Below are positions 48,980-60,986 of a stretch of DNA of 64,000 nucleotides, piece after piece (the first letter of the stretch is position 1; every line of letters begins with the position of its first letter). Source of the DNA: Candidatus Eiseniibacteriota bacterium (GTDB lineage: Bacteria > Eisenbacteria > RBG-16-71-46 > CAZEPH01). The position numbers and the translations under genes were made by a program. The stretch covers positions 32,001 to 96,000 of the forward strand of contig JBGATO010000001.1 in the NCBI GenBank assembly GCA_044229145.1. Reading direction: 5' to 3'. The notes under the pieces were generated by a model. That model did no database searches. It saw only the letters and a list, made by a program, of their open reading frames with translations, and was not told where the DNA came from.

Positions 48980-49572
48980 GAGGCCGCTCCGTGCAACTCG
49001 CGATGCAGATAGGTGCGGGCGAACTGCCAATCGCGCTTCACGGTGCGTTCGCCGATCCCGAGCGCCTGCGCCGTTTCCTCCACCGACAGGCCGGCAAAGA
49101 AGCGCAATTCCACGACCTGTGCCAGACGCGGGTCGCGCTCCGCCAGACGCGCCAGCGCCTCGTCGAGCGCCAGCAACTCCGCCGCGCGCTCCTCCACCGG
49201 GATCTCGACATCCTCGAGCGTCACGCGCTGCGCGCCCGCGCCCCGTTTCTCGGCGAGAAAGCGTCGGGCGTAGGAGACCAGGATCTGCCGCATGGCCAGC
49301 GCCGCCACCGCGAAGAAGTGCCCGCGATCCTCCCACCGCACCGATTCGTGGCGCACCAGCTTGAGATACGCCTCGTGGACGATGGCGGTGGTGCGCAACG
49401 TCGCGCCGTGCGGCGTGCGCCGCAACTGGCCATGCGCGATGCGCCGCAACTCGGCATAGACCGCGGCGAACACGGCGTCCACGGCCGCGCGCTCGCCTTC
49501 ACGCGCCGCGGCGAGCAGCAGCGTGACGTCAGGTGTCGCGGGAGCGGGATCCGGCGGACGTTCGGCGGGCAT
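48976..49572 (-). CDS. ECF sigma factor, ECF43 / TIGR02999-like
   Basis: DVTLLL, VYAELRRIA, TLRTTAIVHEAYLKL, HFFA.AA.AMR.ILV..AR, VELRFFAGL, RTVKRDW. Confidence 0.92.
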   Translation of the reverse strand: MPAERPPDPAPATPDVTLLLAAAREGERAAVDAVFAAVYAELRRIAHGQLRRTPHGATLRTTAIVHEAYLKLVRHESVRWEDRGHFFAVAALAMRQILVSYARRFLAEKRGAGAQRVTLEDVEIPVEERAAELLALDEALARLAERDPRLAQVVELRFFAGLSVEETAQALGIGERTVKRDWQFARTYLHRELHGAAS

Positions 49573-49643
49573 GCGCGCAGGATACCCCAGCCGGGCGGAA
49601 ACGCGAACGGCGAGCCGGCCGCATGGCCGACTCGCCGTCACGA

Positions 49644-49719
49644 TGGTGGGCGAAACAGGGCTCGAACCTGTGACCCCCAGGTTGTGATCCTGGTGCTCTA
49701 CCAGCTGAGCTATTCGCCC
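49644..49719 (-). tRNA. tRNA-Val(CAC)
   Basis: GGGCGAATAGCTCAGCTGGTAGAGCA-CCAGG-ATCACAA-CCTGG-GGGTC-ACAGGTTCGAGCCCTGT-TTCGCCC-A-CCA, 76 nt. Confidence 0.95.
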
Positions 49720-49760
49720 AAATCGCTCGTGCGTCACGTTCGCTCGCGGTTGCGGCCCGG

Positions 49761-49836
49761 TGGTGGGCCCACCTGGATTCGAACCAGGGACCAACCGGTT
49801 ATGAGCCGGCTGCTCTCACCGCTGAGCTATGGGCCC
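49761..49836 (-). tRNA. tRNA with CAT anticodon, most likely tRNA-Ile2 (lysidine)
   Basis: GGGCCCATAGCTCAGCGGTGAGAGCA-GCCGG-CTCATAA-CCGGT...GGTTCGAATCC...TGGGCCC-A-CCA; G1-C72 is paired, so not an initiator; Ile2-like body. Confidence 0.9.
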
Positions 49837-49882
49837 CGACCCGCTGGAAATCGCGAAGCCCCGCACGCACAACAGGGGCGGA

Positions 49883-49911
49883 ACCATACCGGGCGACGGC
49901 TCCGCCGTCAA
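49883..49911 (-). promoter_or_regulatory. Sigma70-type promoter for the tRNA pair
   Basis: TTGACG-N17-TATGGT followed by a GC-rich discriminator. Confidence 0.7.
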
Positions 49912-50017
49912 CACTTGTCGTCGTCACGAGGCCATGGCAGCACCATTGGGCTCCGCACTGGCCTGTGATAGTGTGATCCCGTCTCGCTTCCCGCTACCGT
50001 TCGCTCGCGAGGATGCC

Positions 50018-51244
50018 ATGCGTCTTACGGACCTGCGGATCCCCCTTCTGTTGGCGTCGTACCTGGCCGGCATCGCGGCTCCCGCCGCGGCCGACGACCT
50101 CGCCGTCCTTCTCGGGCACACCTGGACGCGCGCCGAACTGCTCGCGCCGCCGCAGCCCGGCAGTCCCCTGCGCTTGCAAACCGGCCACTGCTTCACGATC
50201 ACCGTGCCCTATGCGCATCGCACGCGCGGCGCCTGGGGCTGGAGCACTGCGATCACAATGTTCCATCCCGACTACGACGGCCGTGCGGTGCCGACCGTGG
50301 AGATTCCGCTGTCAGTGCGCTGGACCGGCACGACGGGCGCGGTGCAGCCGTACGTCGAAGCAGGCCCGGCGCTGTCGTGGGGCGCCGGCATGTCGACCGG
50401 CCACGAACACACGGTCGAATGGTCGGCATCGCTCGATGCCTGCGCCGGCATCACGGCGCCACTCGGCGATGAGCACGTCACTCTCGCCGTCCGCACGGTC
50501 AATCGCCCGCAGGACGGCATGTGGGCGCGACGCGTCGCGCTGCAAGCCGGCGTCACACCTCGCGTGCTCGGCGCCGGCGCACGTGGTCCCGATGGTGAAC
50601 CGTTGCGCCCGCCGCGTCTTGGACGCGACGGCTCACTATTCGAGGGCGGCGGCCTCCGCGCGGGTCGGCTCGAGTTCACCGCGCTCACCGGCGGCATCAC
50701 GCGCGGACACGAAGTGACCGGCTTCAGCTACGGCGGTCACGCCGTCCGCTCGACGTCCTCGCGCTTTTCCGGCGCCGCCGGCGGGGCCACGCTCTCGTAC
50801 GGCGGCGAGATGGCGCTTCGGATCTCCGCACTCTACGTGACGGAACACGCGACCTACGATCACGTGGTCGATGGCGTGCAAGTCGCGTCGTCACGGGCGT
50901 CGTGCAGCGCCATCACGGTGCCGGTGCAGTTCCAACTCTCGCCGTTCACCGGCGCGGTGCGGCCATACATGGCGATTGGCCCGGCGATGACATTCCGGCG
51001 TACGCGCGAGGCACGGCTGTCGGACGAGGAGCTGTTCGCGTCGGTCACCGGGACCGCGCCGTGCTGCCCGAATCCTCGCAATGGTGTGCGCGTCTCGCTC
51101 GGCGCGTTGCTGCACCCGACGGCCGGCGTCGAGGCGCGCGTGGGCGGACTGCATCTCCGCGCCGAAGCGCGAGCCATTGCCAGCCCGCTCGACGACCGCG
51201 CGACATCCTTCGTGTATCTCGCGGGCATTCGCCTCGCGCCGTAG
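50018..51244 (+). CDS. Exported protein with two tandem OMP beta-barrel-like repeats
   Basis: GAGG RBS; signal ending AAA-DD; repeated 'IPLSVR....GAVQPYVEAGPAL' and 'VPVQFQ....GAVRPYMAIGPAM'. Confidence 0.65.
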   Translation: MRLTDLRIPLLLASYLAGIAAPAAADDLAVLLGHTWTRAELLAPPQPGSPLRLQTGHCFTITVPYAHRTRGAWGWSTAITMFHPDYDGRAVPTVEIPLSVRWTGTTGAVQPYVEAGPALSWGAGMSTGHEHTVEWSASLDACAGITAPLGDEHVTLAVRTVNRPQDGMWARRVALQAGVTPRVLGAGARGPDGEPLRPPRLGRDGSLFEGGGLRAGRLEFTALTGGITRGHEVTGFSYGGHAVRSTSSRFSGAAGGATLSYGGEMALRISALYVTEHATYDHVVDGVQVASSRASCSAITVPVQFQLSPFTGAVRPYMAIGPAMTFRRTREARLSDEELFASVTGTAPCCPNPRNGVRVSLGALLHPTAGVEARVGGLHLRAEARAIASPLDDRATSFVYLAGIRLAP

Positions 51245-51266
51245 CGCGGCGGTGCAAGACGTGCAA

Positions 51267-51296
51267 CGGGGCGAGGTCCACGCGGACCCCGCCCCG
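51267..51296. terminator. Hairpin between rpoD and the convergent ORF
   Basis: CGGGGCG.GGTCC-N4-GGACC.CGCCCCG. Confidence 0.55.
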
Positions 51297-51322
51297 ATTT
51301 CGTCCTGCGTCTCGCCGCGCGC

Positions 51323-53581
<2,259 letters not shown>

Positions 53582-53668
53582 GGAAATCCTCGAATCCCAT
53601 CCTGTCGGCACCCGGCGTCCCGGGTGCGAGCGCTCCAGTGTGCACGGGGCGAACCCCGGCGTCACGCA

Positions 53669-55414
53669 TCAATCGCGGCGCAGGGCCGCGTCCAGGGTCT
53701 GCAGCTGTCCGAGCAGCGCGGCTCTGTCGGCCTCGGGTGCGCCGTGCTCGGTCAAGCGTTGCAGTTCCTGCAAGAGTTCCTGCACGCGCCGCTTCGCGTA
53801 GTCGCGATGCAGCAACGGCAGCACTTCGCCCATCTCGCGACGGGCTTCGTCGAGTCCCACCGACTCGCCCTCGATGGTCAAACGACTGACCAGCGCGAGC
53901 ATGTCGGCCGGCGGTTCGCCGCCGTCGTGAAGCCACTGCCGGATCGCCCGCAGCTCCGGCGAGACGAATGCCTCGGCCGGCAGCGAATGGACGACATCCC
54001 ACGCCAGGTCGTGGTGCACGATCGCCAGCGCCAGCACGCGCTCCTTGCGGCCGCGCTGCGGTTCCGTCGCGGCCACCGGCGCCGCCTGAGCGTCCGGTGC
54101 GCTCTGCGCGGCGGTCCGCGGAGCCCGTACCGCGCGCCCCTCCTCGCGGCGCGCTCGTTCGACGCCTTCGAGCAGCACGTCCACCGGGAGCTTCAGCAGC
54201 GACGCGGCATCTTCCGCCAGCGCCCGGCGCCGCAGCTCGTCGTCGAGCAGCCCGACGAACGCAGCCGCCCGTTCGATGCGCGCACTCGGCGGATCGGATG
54301 CAGCGTCGCGGCCGGCACCGTCGATCACCCAGCGCATCGCGTCGCTGGCGTCGCGCAGCACCTGCTCGGCGCCGCGCGCGCCGTGGCGCTGCACGAACGA
54401 ATCGGGATCTTCGCCGTCGGGAAAGCGCGCGATGCGGACGTGAAACCCGCGATCGAGCAAGATCCCCGCCGTGCGCCGCGCCGCCGTCTGGCCCGCGGTG
54501 TCGGCGTCGTACGCCAGCACGACCTTGCGCACCAAGCGGCCGAGCGCCTCGGCGTGCTGTGGCGTGAACGCGGTCCCGCACGCGGCCACCACGTTCTTCA
54601 CCCCCGCCTGATACAGCGACAGCAGATCCGTGTAGCCTTCGACCAGCACGGCCTCCGCCGCCTCGCGCATCGGCTGCAAGGCGAACGGCAGGCCGTAGAG
54701 CACCTTGCCCTTGTGATACAGCGGCGTCTCCGGCGAATTCAGGTACTTCGGCCCGGGGTGCTCGCGTGCCATCGCGCGCGCGCCGTGCCCGATCACCCGG
54801 CCGCCGGCGTCCAGCACCGGAAACACCAGACGATCGCGAAAGCGGTCGTACACCCGGCCGTCGTCCGCGCGCCCCGCGAGGCCGACCGTGACGAGCTGGT
54901 CGACCAGCGCCGGCGCCTTCGTCGCCAGCATGTTGCGTGTGCGCGGCGCGTAGCCGAGCCGGAACAGCCGCGCCGTCTCCGGCGCGATGCCGCGCGTTTC
55001 GAGGTACGTGCGCGTCGCGGCGCCCCACTCGGGATGCGCCAGACACTTCTCGTACAGCACCGTCGCGCGTTCCAGCACCTCGGCGAGCTTGCCGCGTTCG
55101 CCGCGTTCGCCGCCGCTGCGCTCCGGCAGCGTGATGCCGGCGCGGTCCGCCAGCCGCCGCAGCGCCTCCGGGAACGTCAGCCCTTCGGCCTGCATGACGA
55201 AACGGAAGATGTCGCCGCCGGCGCCGCAGCCGAAGCAGTGGAACACCTGCCGCGTCGGGCTCACCGTGAACGACGGCGACTTCTCGCTGTGGAACGGACA
55301 CAGCCCGACCATGTTCGAGCCGCTGCGCCGCAGCGCCACGCTCTCGCCGATCACCTGCACGATGTCGACCGCGTCGCGGACCTGTTCGACCGCCTCGTCG
55401 CGTCCGACCGCCAT
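53669..55414 (-). CDS. dnaG: DNA primase
   Basis: CPFHSEKSPSF, CFGC, DRFRDRL.FP, KYLNSPET, VEGYTD, YDADTAG, DPDS. Confidence 0.97.
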   Translation of the reverse strand: MAVGRDEAVEQVRDAVDIVQVIGESVALRRSGSNMVGLCPFHSEKSPSFTVSPTRQVFHCFGCGAGGDIFRFVMQAEGLTFPEALRRLADRAGITLPERSGGERGERGKLAEVLERATVLYEKCLAHPEWGAATRTYLETRGIAPETARLFRLGYAPRTRNMLATKAPALVDQLVTVGLAGRADDGRVYDRFRDRLVFPVLDAGGRVIGHGARAMAREHPGPKYLNSPETPLYHKGKVLYGLPFALQPMREAAEAVLVEGYTDLLSLYQAGVKNVVAACGTAFTPQHAEALGRLVRKVVLAYDADTAGQTAARRTAGILLDRGFHVRIARFPDGEDPDSFVQRHGARGAEQVLRDASDAMRWVIDGAGRDAASDPPSARIERAAAFVGLLDDELRRRALAEDAASLLKLPVDVLLEGVERARREEGRAVRAPRTAAQSAPDAQAAPVAATEPQRGRKERVLALAIVHHDLAWDVVHSLPAEAFVSPELRAIRQWLHDGGEPPADMLALVSRLTIEGESVGLDEARREMGEVLPLLHRDYAKRRVQELLQELQRLTEHGAPEADRAALLGQLQTLDAALRRD

Positions 55415-58008
55415 CACAGGAGCTCGACGGTCGTGGCGCCGGTGCCGCCCTCCCACTGCGCCGCGAGGCCGAACGAGCGCACACCGCCGCGGCCCTTGAG
55501 CATCCGCGTGATTGCCGCGCGCAGCGCGCCGGTGCCCTTGCCGTGAATGATGCGCACGCGCGGCAGACCTTCGAGCTGCGCCCGGTCGAGGAAGCGATCC
55601 ACCTCGGCCACCGCGTCCTCGGCGCGGAAGCCGCGCACGTCGATCTCCATCTTCGCCGCGTCTTCGGTGGCCGCGCTGTCGCCGTGGTGCCGCGTCGACC
55701 AGCTCACGCCGCCACGCGGTTCCTTGGCGTGATAGCCCGCGACGCCACGCAGCGTCGGCGCGTCGGGCGACGGCAGCTCGTCGTCGCCGAGCTCGCCGCG
55801 CAGGGCGAAGGCTTCCGCCAGCGCCTCGTCGTACGGCAGCGCGGCCTCGGCGGCGCGGCGTTCTTCCTCGCGGCGGCGCTCCTCGAGCAGACGGCGCGCT
55901 TCCGCCTCGGCGTCGCGCGCCCGCGACGGCGCGGCGACGGGCGCCGGAGCACCGACCTGCGCCGGCGGCATCGCCAGCGCGTCGAGCGCCAGCCAGCTGC
56001 GGAACACGCCGGCCTGCACCTGCACGCGGCCACTGCCGTCCGGCCCATCGACGATGACACCGGTGCGCTGCATCGCGCGGACCCACACGGTGGCGCCGCG
56101 CGTCGCGAATGCCGGCGGCACGGCGGGCAGCGCCGGCTCGGCGGCACGCACCGACGCCGCCGATTCGTCGTCCACCTGATCGACCAGCGCTTCGACGTGG
56201 CGGAGATCCGCCTTCGACTTCGCGGCCTTGAGTTCTTCCTCCGCGGCGCGGACGCGTTGCCGTGCCCGCGCCACTTCGCCGCGCACCAGCTCGCGCGCCT
56301 CGCGCTTGGCGCGCGTCGTCTCGGCCTGCGCGGCGGCACGGTCCTCACGCAGCTTCGCGACCAGCTCGTGCGCCTCGCGGCGCGCGGTGGCGGCGGCGGC
56401 GCGGTCGCGCTCGGTCTCTTCGACCAAGCGTCCGACCTCGCCGAGCATCCGGCGCGTCGCCGCGGTGTCGGGGTCGAGATGCGACTCCGCGCGGGCGATC
56501 CAGCGCGGGCTGAGCCCGCAGCGCGCCGCCACGGCGAGCGCGTGACTGCCACCACCCGGCCCGGCGATCAAGCGATACGACGGTTCGCCGCGTTCGACAT
56601 CGAAGCCCATCGAGCCGAGGAACACGCCCGGCTTGCCGAAGGCGAACGCCTGCAGCGCGCCGAGGTGTGTCGTCATCACGGCGCGCACCTCGCGCTCGAG
56701 CAGCTCCTCGAGCGTCGCCATGCCGAGCGCGCCGCCTTCCTCCGGATCGGTGGCGCCGCCGACTTCGTCGAGCAGCACCAGCACGTCGCCGCCCTGCACG
56801 GTCTCGATCTCGCGCAAGCGCGCGACGTGCGCGGTGAACGTCGAGAGCGCGGCCTCCAGCGACTGGAAGTCGCCGATGTCCGCGAGCACGGTGCGGAACA
56901 CCGGAAAGCTCGAGCCTTCGTCGCACGGCACGAAGAGCCCGGCTTGCACCATGCAGCACAACAGGCCGACCGTCTTGAGCGCCACCGTCTTGCCGCCAGC
57001 ATTCGGGCCGGTGATCAGCAGCACGCGCGTCGTCGCGTCGAGCTCGGCGTGCAGCGGCATCACCGCGTCGCGGCCGAGCGTCACCACGAGCAGCGGATGC
57101 CGCGCCGCGCGCAGGCGCAGCGTATCGCCGCCGATGCCGGGCCGCACCGCGCCGAGTTTGCGCGCGAAGCGCACGCGCGCCTGGTCGAGATCGAGCGCGG
57201 CGAGCAGCTCTTGCAGCGCGAGCAGCGCCTCGGCGTGATCGCGCACATCGTCGGTGAGCGCGATCAGGATGCGCGTGATCTCTTCGGCTTCGCGCGCGGC
57301 GAGTTCCTCGAGCGCGTCGTTGAGCGGCATCGCGCTCGCCGGCTCGACGAACAGCGTGGCGTGCGTCGACGACCGGTCGAGGACGATGCCGGGCACCTTG
57401 GTGCGATCCTCGTGACGCACCGGCACCACGAAGCGGCCATTGCGCAGCGTCACGTACGCGGCGGTGCCGCCGCCGCTCAGGCCGCTCGCCACCTTCTCGA
57501 GATGGCGCTGCACGTCCTGTCGCGCGCGCACCAGTTCGCGACGGATACGCGCCAGTTCCGGCGTCGCGGTGTCCTTGATCTCGCCGCCCTTGTCGAGACA
57601 GCGGTCGAGATGCGGACCGAGTTCGCCGGTGTGCGGCGCGGTGTCGAGACGGCGCCGCCACGTCGTGGATTCGCCCTCGCGACCGTGGCCGAAGTGCTGG
57701 CGCGCACGGTGCACGTTCTGCACCAGCCGCGCGACATCGACCAGTTCGACACCCGACAGCAACGCGCCGGGCACCCGCGCCCTCTCGACGAGGGCACGCG
57801 CGTCCGGCGCATCGAGATCGCACAGCCCGGAGGCGGCGACGAATTCCTGCAGCTCGGCCACCACGCGATGCGCGTCATGCACCGCCGCCTCGTCCGTCTC
57901 CGGGATGAGGGCGGCCGCACGTTGCGCTCCTGGGTCCGTCGTGGTGCAGGCGAGCACGAGCTGCCGCACCTTGTCGAACTCCAGCACCGCGAGCGTGTGG
58001 GTGTTCAC
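55414..58008 (-). CDS. mutS2: Endonuclease MutS2
   Basis: TGPNAGGKT, LSTF.AH, LLDEVG..TDP.EG, TTH, C-terminal Smr IIHGKGTGAL...GGTGAT; GTG after AGGAGG. Confidence 0.95.
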   Translation of the reverse strand: MNTHTLAVLEFDKVRQLVLACTTTDPGAQRAAALIPETDEAAVHDAHRVVAELQEFVAASGLCDLDAPDARALVERARVPGALLSGVELVDVARLVQNVHRARQHFGHGREGESTTWRRRLDTAPHTGELGPHLDRCLDKGGEIKDTATPELARIRRELVRARQDVQRHLEKVASGLSGGGTAAYVTLRNGRFVVPVRHEDRTKVPGIVLDRSSTHATLFVEPASAMPLNDALEELAAREAEEITRILIALTDDVRDHAEALLALQELLAALDLDQARVRFARKLGAVRPGIGGDTLRLRAARHPLLVVTLGRDAVMPLHAELDATTRVLLITGPNAGGKTVALKTVGLLCCMVQAGLFVPCDEGSSFPVFRTVLADIGDFQSLEAALSTFTAHVARLREIETVQGGDVLVLLDEVGGATDPEEGGALGMATLEELLEREVRAVMTTHLGALQAFAFGKPGVFLGSMGFDVERGEPSYRLIAGPGGGSHALAVAARCGLSPRWIARAESHLDPDTAATRRMLGEVGRLVEETERDRAAAATARREAHELVAKLREDRAAAQAETTRAKREARELVRGEVARARQRVRAAEEELKAAKSKADLRHVEALVDQVDDESAASVRAAEPALPAVPPAFATRGATVWVRAMQRTGVIVDGPDGSGRVQVQAGVFRSWLALDALAMPPAQVGAPAPVAAPSRARDAEAEARRLLEERRREEERRAAEAALPYDEALAEAFALRGELGDDELPSPDAPTLRGVAGYHAKEPRGGVSWSTRHHGDSAATEDAAKMEIDVRGFRAEDAVAEVDRFLDRAQLEGLPRVRIIHGKGTGALRAAITRMLKGRGGVRSFGLAAQWEGGTGATTVELL

Positions 58009-58098
58009 GAGCCTCCTTCTGACGGCAAGCGCCCGGCGGATGCGAATCCGCGCGGGCGCCATACCTCACTGCACGTCGTCACGACGCGAGGGCGGTGA

Positions 58099-58293
58099 CT
58101 ACTCCTCCGCCATACGCCGCGCCAAATCCTTCCGGCGCGCCGCGTTCAGCTTGCGCTTGCGGCGCTCGCTCGGCTTCTCGAAGTGCTGGTGGCGGCGCAG
58201 ATCGGAGAGAATCCCCGCCTTCTCGCACTTCTTCTTGAAACGACGGAGGGCGCTCTCAAACGACTCGCCTTCCTTGACCCGGATACCCGGCAT
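58099..58293 (-). CDS. rpsU: 30S ribosomal protein S21
   Basis: [15 protein letters not shown]...R..HFEKPS. Confidence 0.97.
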   Translation of the reverse strand: MPGIRVKEGESFESALRRFKKKCEKAGILSDLRRHQHFEKPSERRKRKLNAARRKDLARRMAEE

Positions 58294-58537
58294 CTACTTC
58301 ACCCCTCCCATCTCTGCGCATCATCGCGGAAGGACTTCGGCTCGACCTGGCGCACTCGTCTCGATCCCAGCGTCGACGACGATTCGAGGCGCGTCCTTCC
58401 AAGACGACACTCGAATCCCGGCGAAGGGTCACGAAGCTTCGCCGCGCTGGTTCGCACGAGGCGTGAATAAAGTGGCGTGACGGTGGAACCTCAACAGGCG
58501 CGGCCGCAACCGGCAACGCGCACATGATCGGTCGGCC

Positions 58538-58566
58538 ATGGTAGCCGTGGAACGAGGTATCGTCAA
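58538..58566 (-). promoter_or_regulatory. Sigma70-type promoter for rpsU-mutS2-dnaG-rpoD
   Basis: TTGACG-N17-TACCAT. Confidence 0.7.
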
Positions 58567-58591
58567 GGAATGCGTGGGACTTGCGGCCCTG

Positions 58592-59160
58592 TCAGGTCCC
58601 CTGGCGCGGGCCTGGCGCCGGGGCGGGCGCGCCGCACCGCCAGGAGACGGCGGCGGCCAGCGTGAGCGCGGCGGTTTCGGCGCGCAGGCGGGTCGGGCCG
58701 AGATGCACGCGGCGGGCCCCGGCGTCGCGCACGGCGGCCCGTTCCGCGGGCGTCAGGCCGCCTTCCGGCCCGACGATCACGCCGACCCGACCGGCGACGG
58801 GCACGGCCACCGCGTCCCACGGCTCGCCTTCGTGGTCTGCGACTACAAGCGTTTCCACGTCAGCCAGTTGCGCTGCTTCCTGCATGTCGGAGGCGAAGCG
58901 CAGCGCAGGCTGCCAGAGGCCCAGACTCTGCAGGAATGCGGCGCGCCGGCCGGCGTGGTGTCGGCGTCGAGCAGGACGTGCGCGCCGCGCTTCTCCACGC
59001 GGGTCACGCGGGCGGCGAAACAGTGTCCTGCCCCATCGACGGCGCGCACCGGTGCGCCGGCGCCCAGCCGCAGCACGCGCAGGTGCGCCGCATCCTCCTC
59101 GTCCAGCGCGCATTCGGCGCCGGCCGCCAACCCGGCCGGCACGATCACACTCGGCGGCGA
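58592..59160 (-). pseudogene. rsmE: 16S rRNA m3U1498 methyltransferase RsmE, internally deleted and frameshifted
   Basis: The N-part (HLRVLRL...DGAG) and C-part (GPEGG...LG..RLRAETAA) are in different frames; the conserved central KATELG segment is absent; no clear start codon. Confidence 0.75.
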
Positions 59161-59183
59161 CTCGAGGCCCGCCGCGACGCGCT

Positions 59184-60323
59184 CTAGCCGTCCCGTGAGA
59201 AGATGCCCTTCATCGTCTCGAAGAAACTCTTCCCCGGCTTCGGCGGCTTGGATTCGACGTCGCGCAATTGTTCGAGCAGCTTGCGCTCCTTGTCGTTCGG
59301 CTTGCTCGGGGTCCACACGACGACGTGCGCGAGTTGATCGCCGCGTCCGTTACCGCGCGGACGGCCGACGCCGAGCCCCTTGAGCCGCAGGATCGTCCCG
59401 GTCTGCGTGCCCGCCGGCACCTGGAGGTGCGTGGTGCCATCGAGGGTCGGCACCTCGATCTTGGCGCCGAGCGCCGCCTGGGAAAAGGTGACGCAGACGT
59501 CGCAGACGATGTCGTCGCCGTGGCGCTTGAACAGCGCGTGTTCCTTCTCGACGACCACCATGTGCACGTCGCCGGGCGGTCCGCCGAACGGGCCGGCGTC
59601 GCCGAGGCCGCGCAGCGCGATGTACTGACCGGTGCTGACGCCGGGCGGAATCTTCACCGTCGCGGTGTCGGTGTCGCGCACGCGGCCTTCGCCCCGGCAG
59701 TCGGGGCAGCGCTCTTCGACGACGCGGCCTTGTCCGCGGCAGCGATCGCACGTGACGACGTTGACGAACTGCGCGAAGAGCGCGCTATGCACTTGGCGCA
59801 CACGGCCGGCGCCGCGGCACTGTGGACACGTCTTGGCCTGGGTGCCCGGCTTGGCACCGCTGCCGCCGCACGGCTCGCACGGCGTGAGGTGCTGCACGCG
59901 CAGCGTCTTCTCGGTGCCGACGGCGATTTCCTCGAGCGTCAGGTCGACGTGGACTTCGATGTCGTCGCCGCGGCGCGGGCCGGCGGTCTCGGCGCCGCCG
60001 AAGACGTCGCCGAATCCCCCGAAGTCGCGCATGAACGCGCGCAGCGCGTCGCCCAAGTCGAACACGCCGCCGTCGAAGCCGGCCGGGCCGCCCGCCGCGC
60101 CGCGCGCGCCTTCGTGCCCAAAGCGGTCGTAGCGCGCGCGCTTGTCGCGATCCTTCAGGACCTCGTAGGCCTCGGTGGCTTCCTTGAACTTGTCGGCGGC
60201 CGCGTCATCGCCCTGATTGCGGTCCGGGTGATACTGGAACGCGAGCTTGCGGTAGGCCTTCTTGACGGTGTCGTCGTCGGCGTCGCGCGGGACGCCGAGG
60301 ACCTCGTAGTAGTCGCGCGGCAT
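59184..60323 (-). CDS. dnaJ: Chaperone DnaJ
   Basis: DYYEVLG, HPD, four CxxCxGxG repeats, G/F-rich linker. Confidence 0.97.
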   Translation of the reverse strand: MPRDYYEVLGVPRDADDDTVKKAYRKLAFQYHPDRNQGDDAAADKFKEATEAYEVLKDRDKRARYDRFGHEGARGAAGGPAGFDGGVFDLGDALRAFMRDFGGFGDVFGGAETAGPRRGDDIEVHVDLTLEEIAVGTEKTLRVQHLTPCEPCGGSGAKPGTQAKTCPQCRGAGRVRQVHSALFAQFVNVVTCDRCRGQGRVVEERCPDCRGEGRVRDTDTATVKIPPGVSTGQYIALRGLGDAGPFGGPPGDVHMVVVEKEHALFKRHGDDIVCDVCVTFSQAALGAKIEVPTLDGTTHLQVPAGTQTGTILRLKGLGVGRPRGNGRGDQLAHVVVWTPSKPNDKERKLLEQLRDVESKPPKPGKSFFETMKGIFSRDG

Positions 60324-60871
60324 CAGCCGCCCACCACCACGTGCGCCGGGCGCAGCACGCGGCCGTCGCGCACGTAGCCGCGCGACAGCACGCGGGTCAC
60401 CGCATTGGCCTCGCCGGCCGGGTCGCGCATCACCGCCTCGTGCTTCGCCGGATCGAACGGTTCGCCGAGCGGGTCGACGATGTCGATGCCGGAATCGGCG
60501 AGCGCCTGACGCGCCTGCTGCAGCACCAGCGCGACGCCTTCGCGCACCGCGTCGACGGACACGTTCTCGGCGGTGGCGGCTTCCGCGGCACGCTCGAGGT
60601 CGTCGATCACGCGGAAGACGGTGTGGAGGGCGCGCTCGGCGCCCTGCTCCATCGCCAGTTCGCGTTCGCGGGCGACGCGACGGCGGAAGTTCTCGAAGTC
60701 CGCGGCCAAGCGCAGCCAGCGGTCTTCGTAGTCATTGGCGCGCGCTTCGGCGTCGGCGAGCGCGGCATCACGTGGGTCGAGCGTCTCGACCGCCTCGGCG
60801 GGCACGCCGGTGTCCGGCACGCCGGCCTCTTCCGGCGTCTCCGGCGCCGGAACGTTCACATCGGAATCCAC
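60323..60871 (-). CDS. grpE: Nucleotide exchange factor GrpE
   Basis: [24 protein letters not shown]...GRVLRPA.VVV. Confidence 0.95.
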   Translation of the reverse strand: MDSDVNVPAPETPEEAGVPDTGVPAEAVETLDPRDAALADAEARANDYEDRWLRLAADFENFRRRVARERELAMEQGAERALHTVFRVIDDLERAAEAATAENVSVDAVREGVALVLQQARQALADSGIDIVDPLGEPFDPAKHEAVMRDPAGEANAVTRVLSRGYVRDGRVLRPAHVVVGG

Positions 60872-60986
60872 GAATCACTCCTTCGACGGGATCGACGCGG
60901 CGCCCTGCGCCGCCAGCAGAATCGCGGCAGTGTACCAGAATCGCGGCGCTTCCGCCGGGACCGGCGGCAGCGCATACTCCCGCGCC

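Noticed and set aside
43880..49650. Prophage or integrative element at tRNA-Val
   Set aside because: No integrase, no other phage genes and no visible duplicated tRNA 3' end at the far boundary; the fibre has a Sec signal peptide
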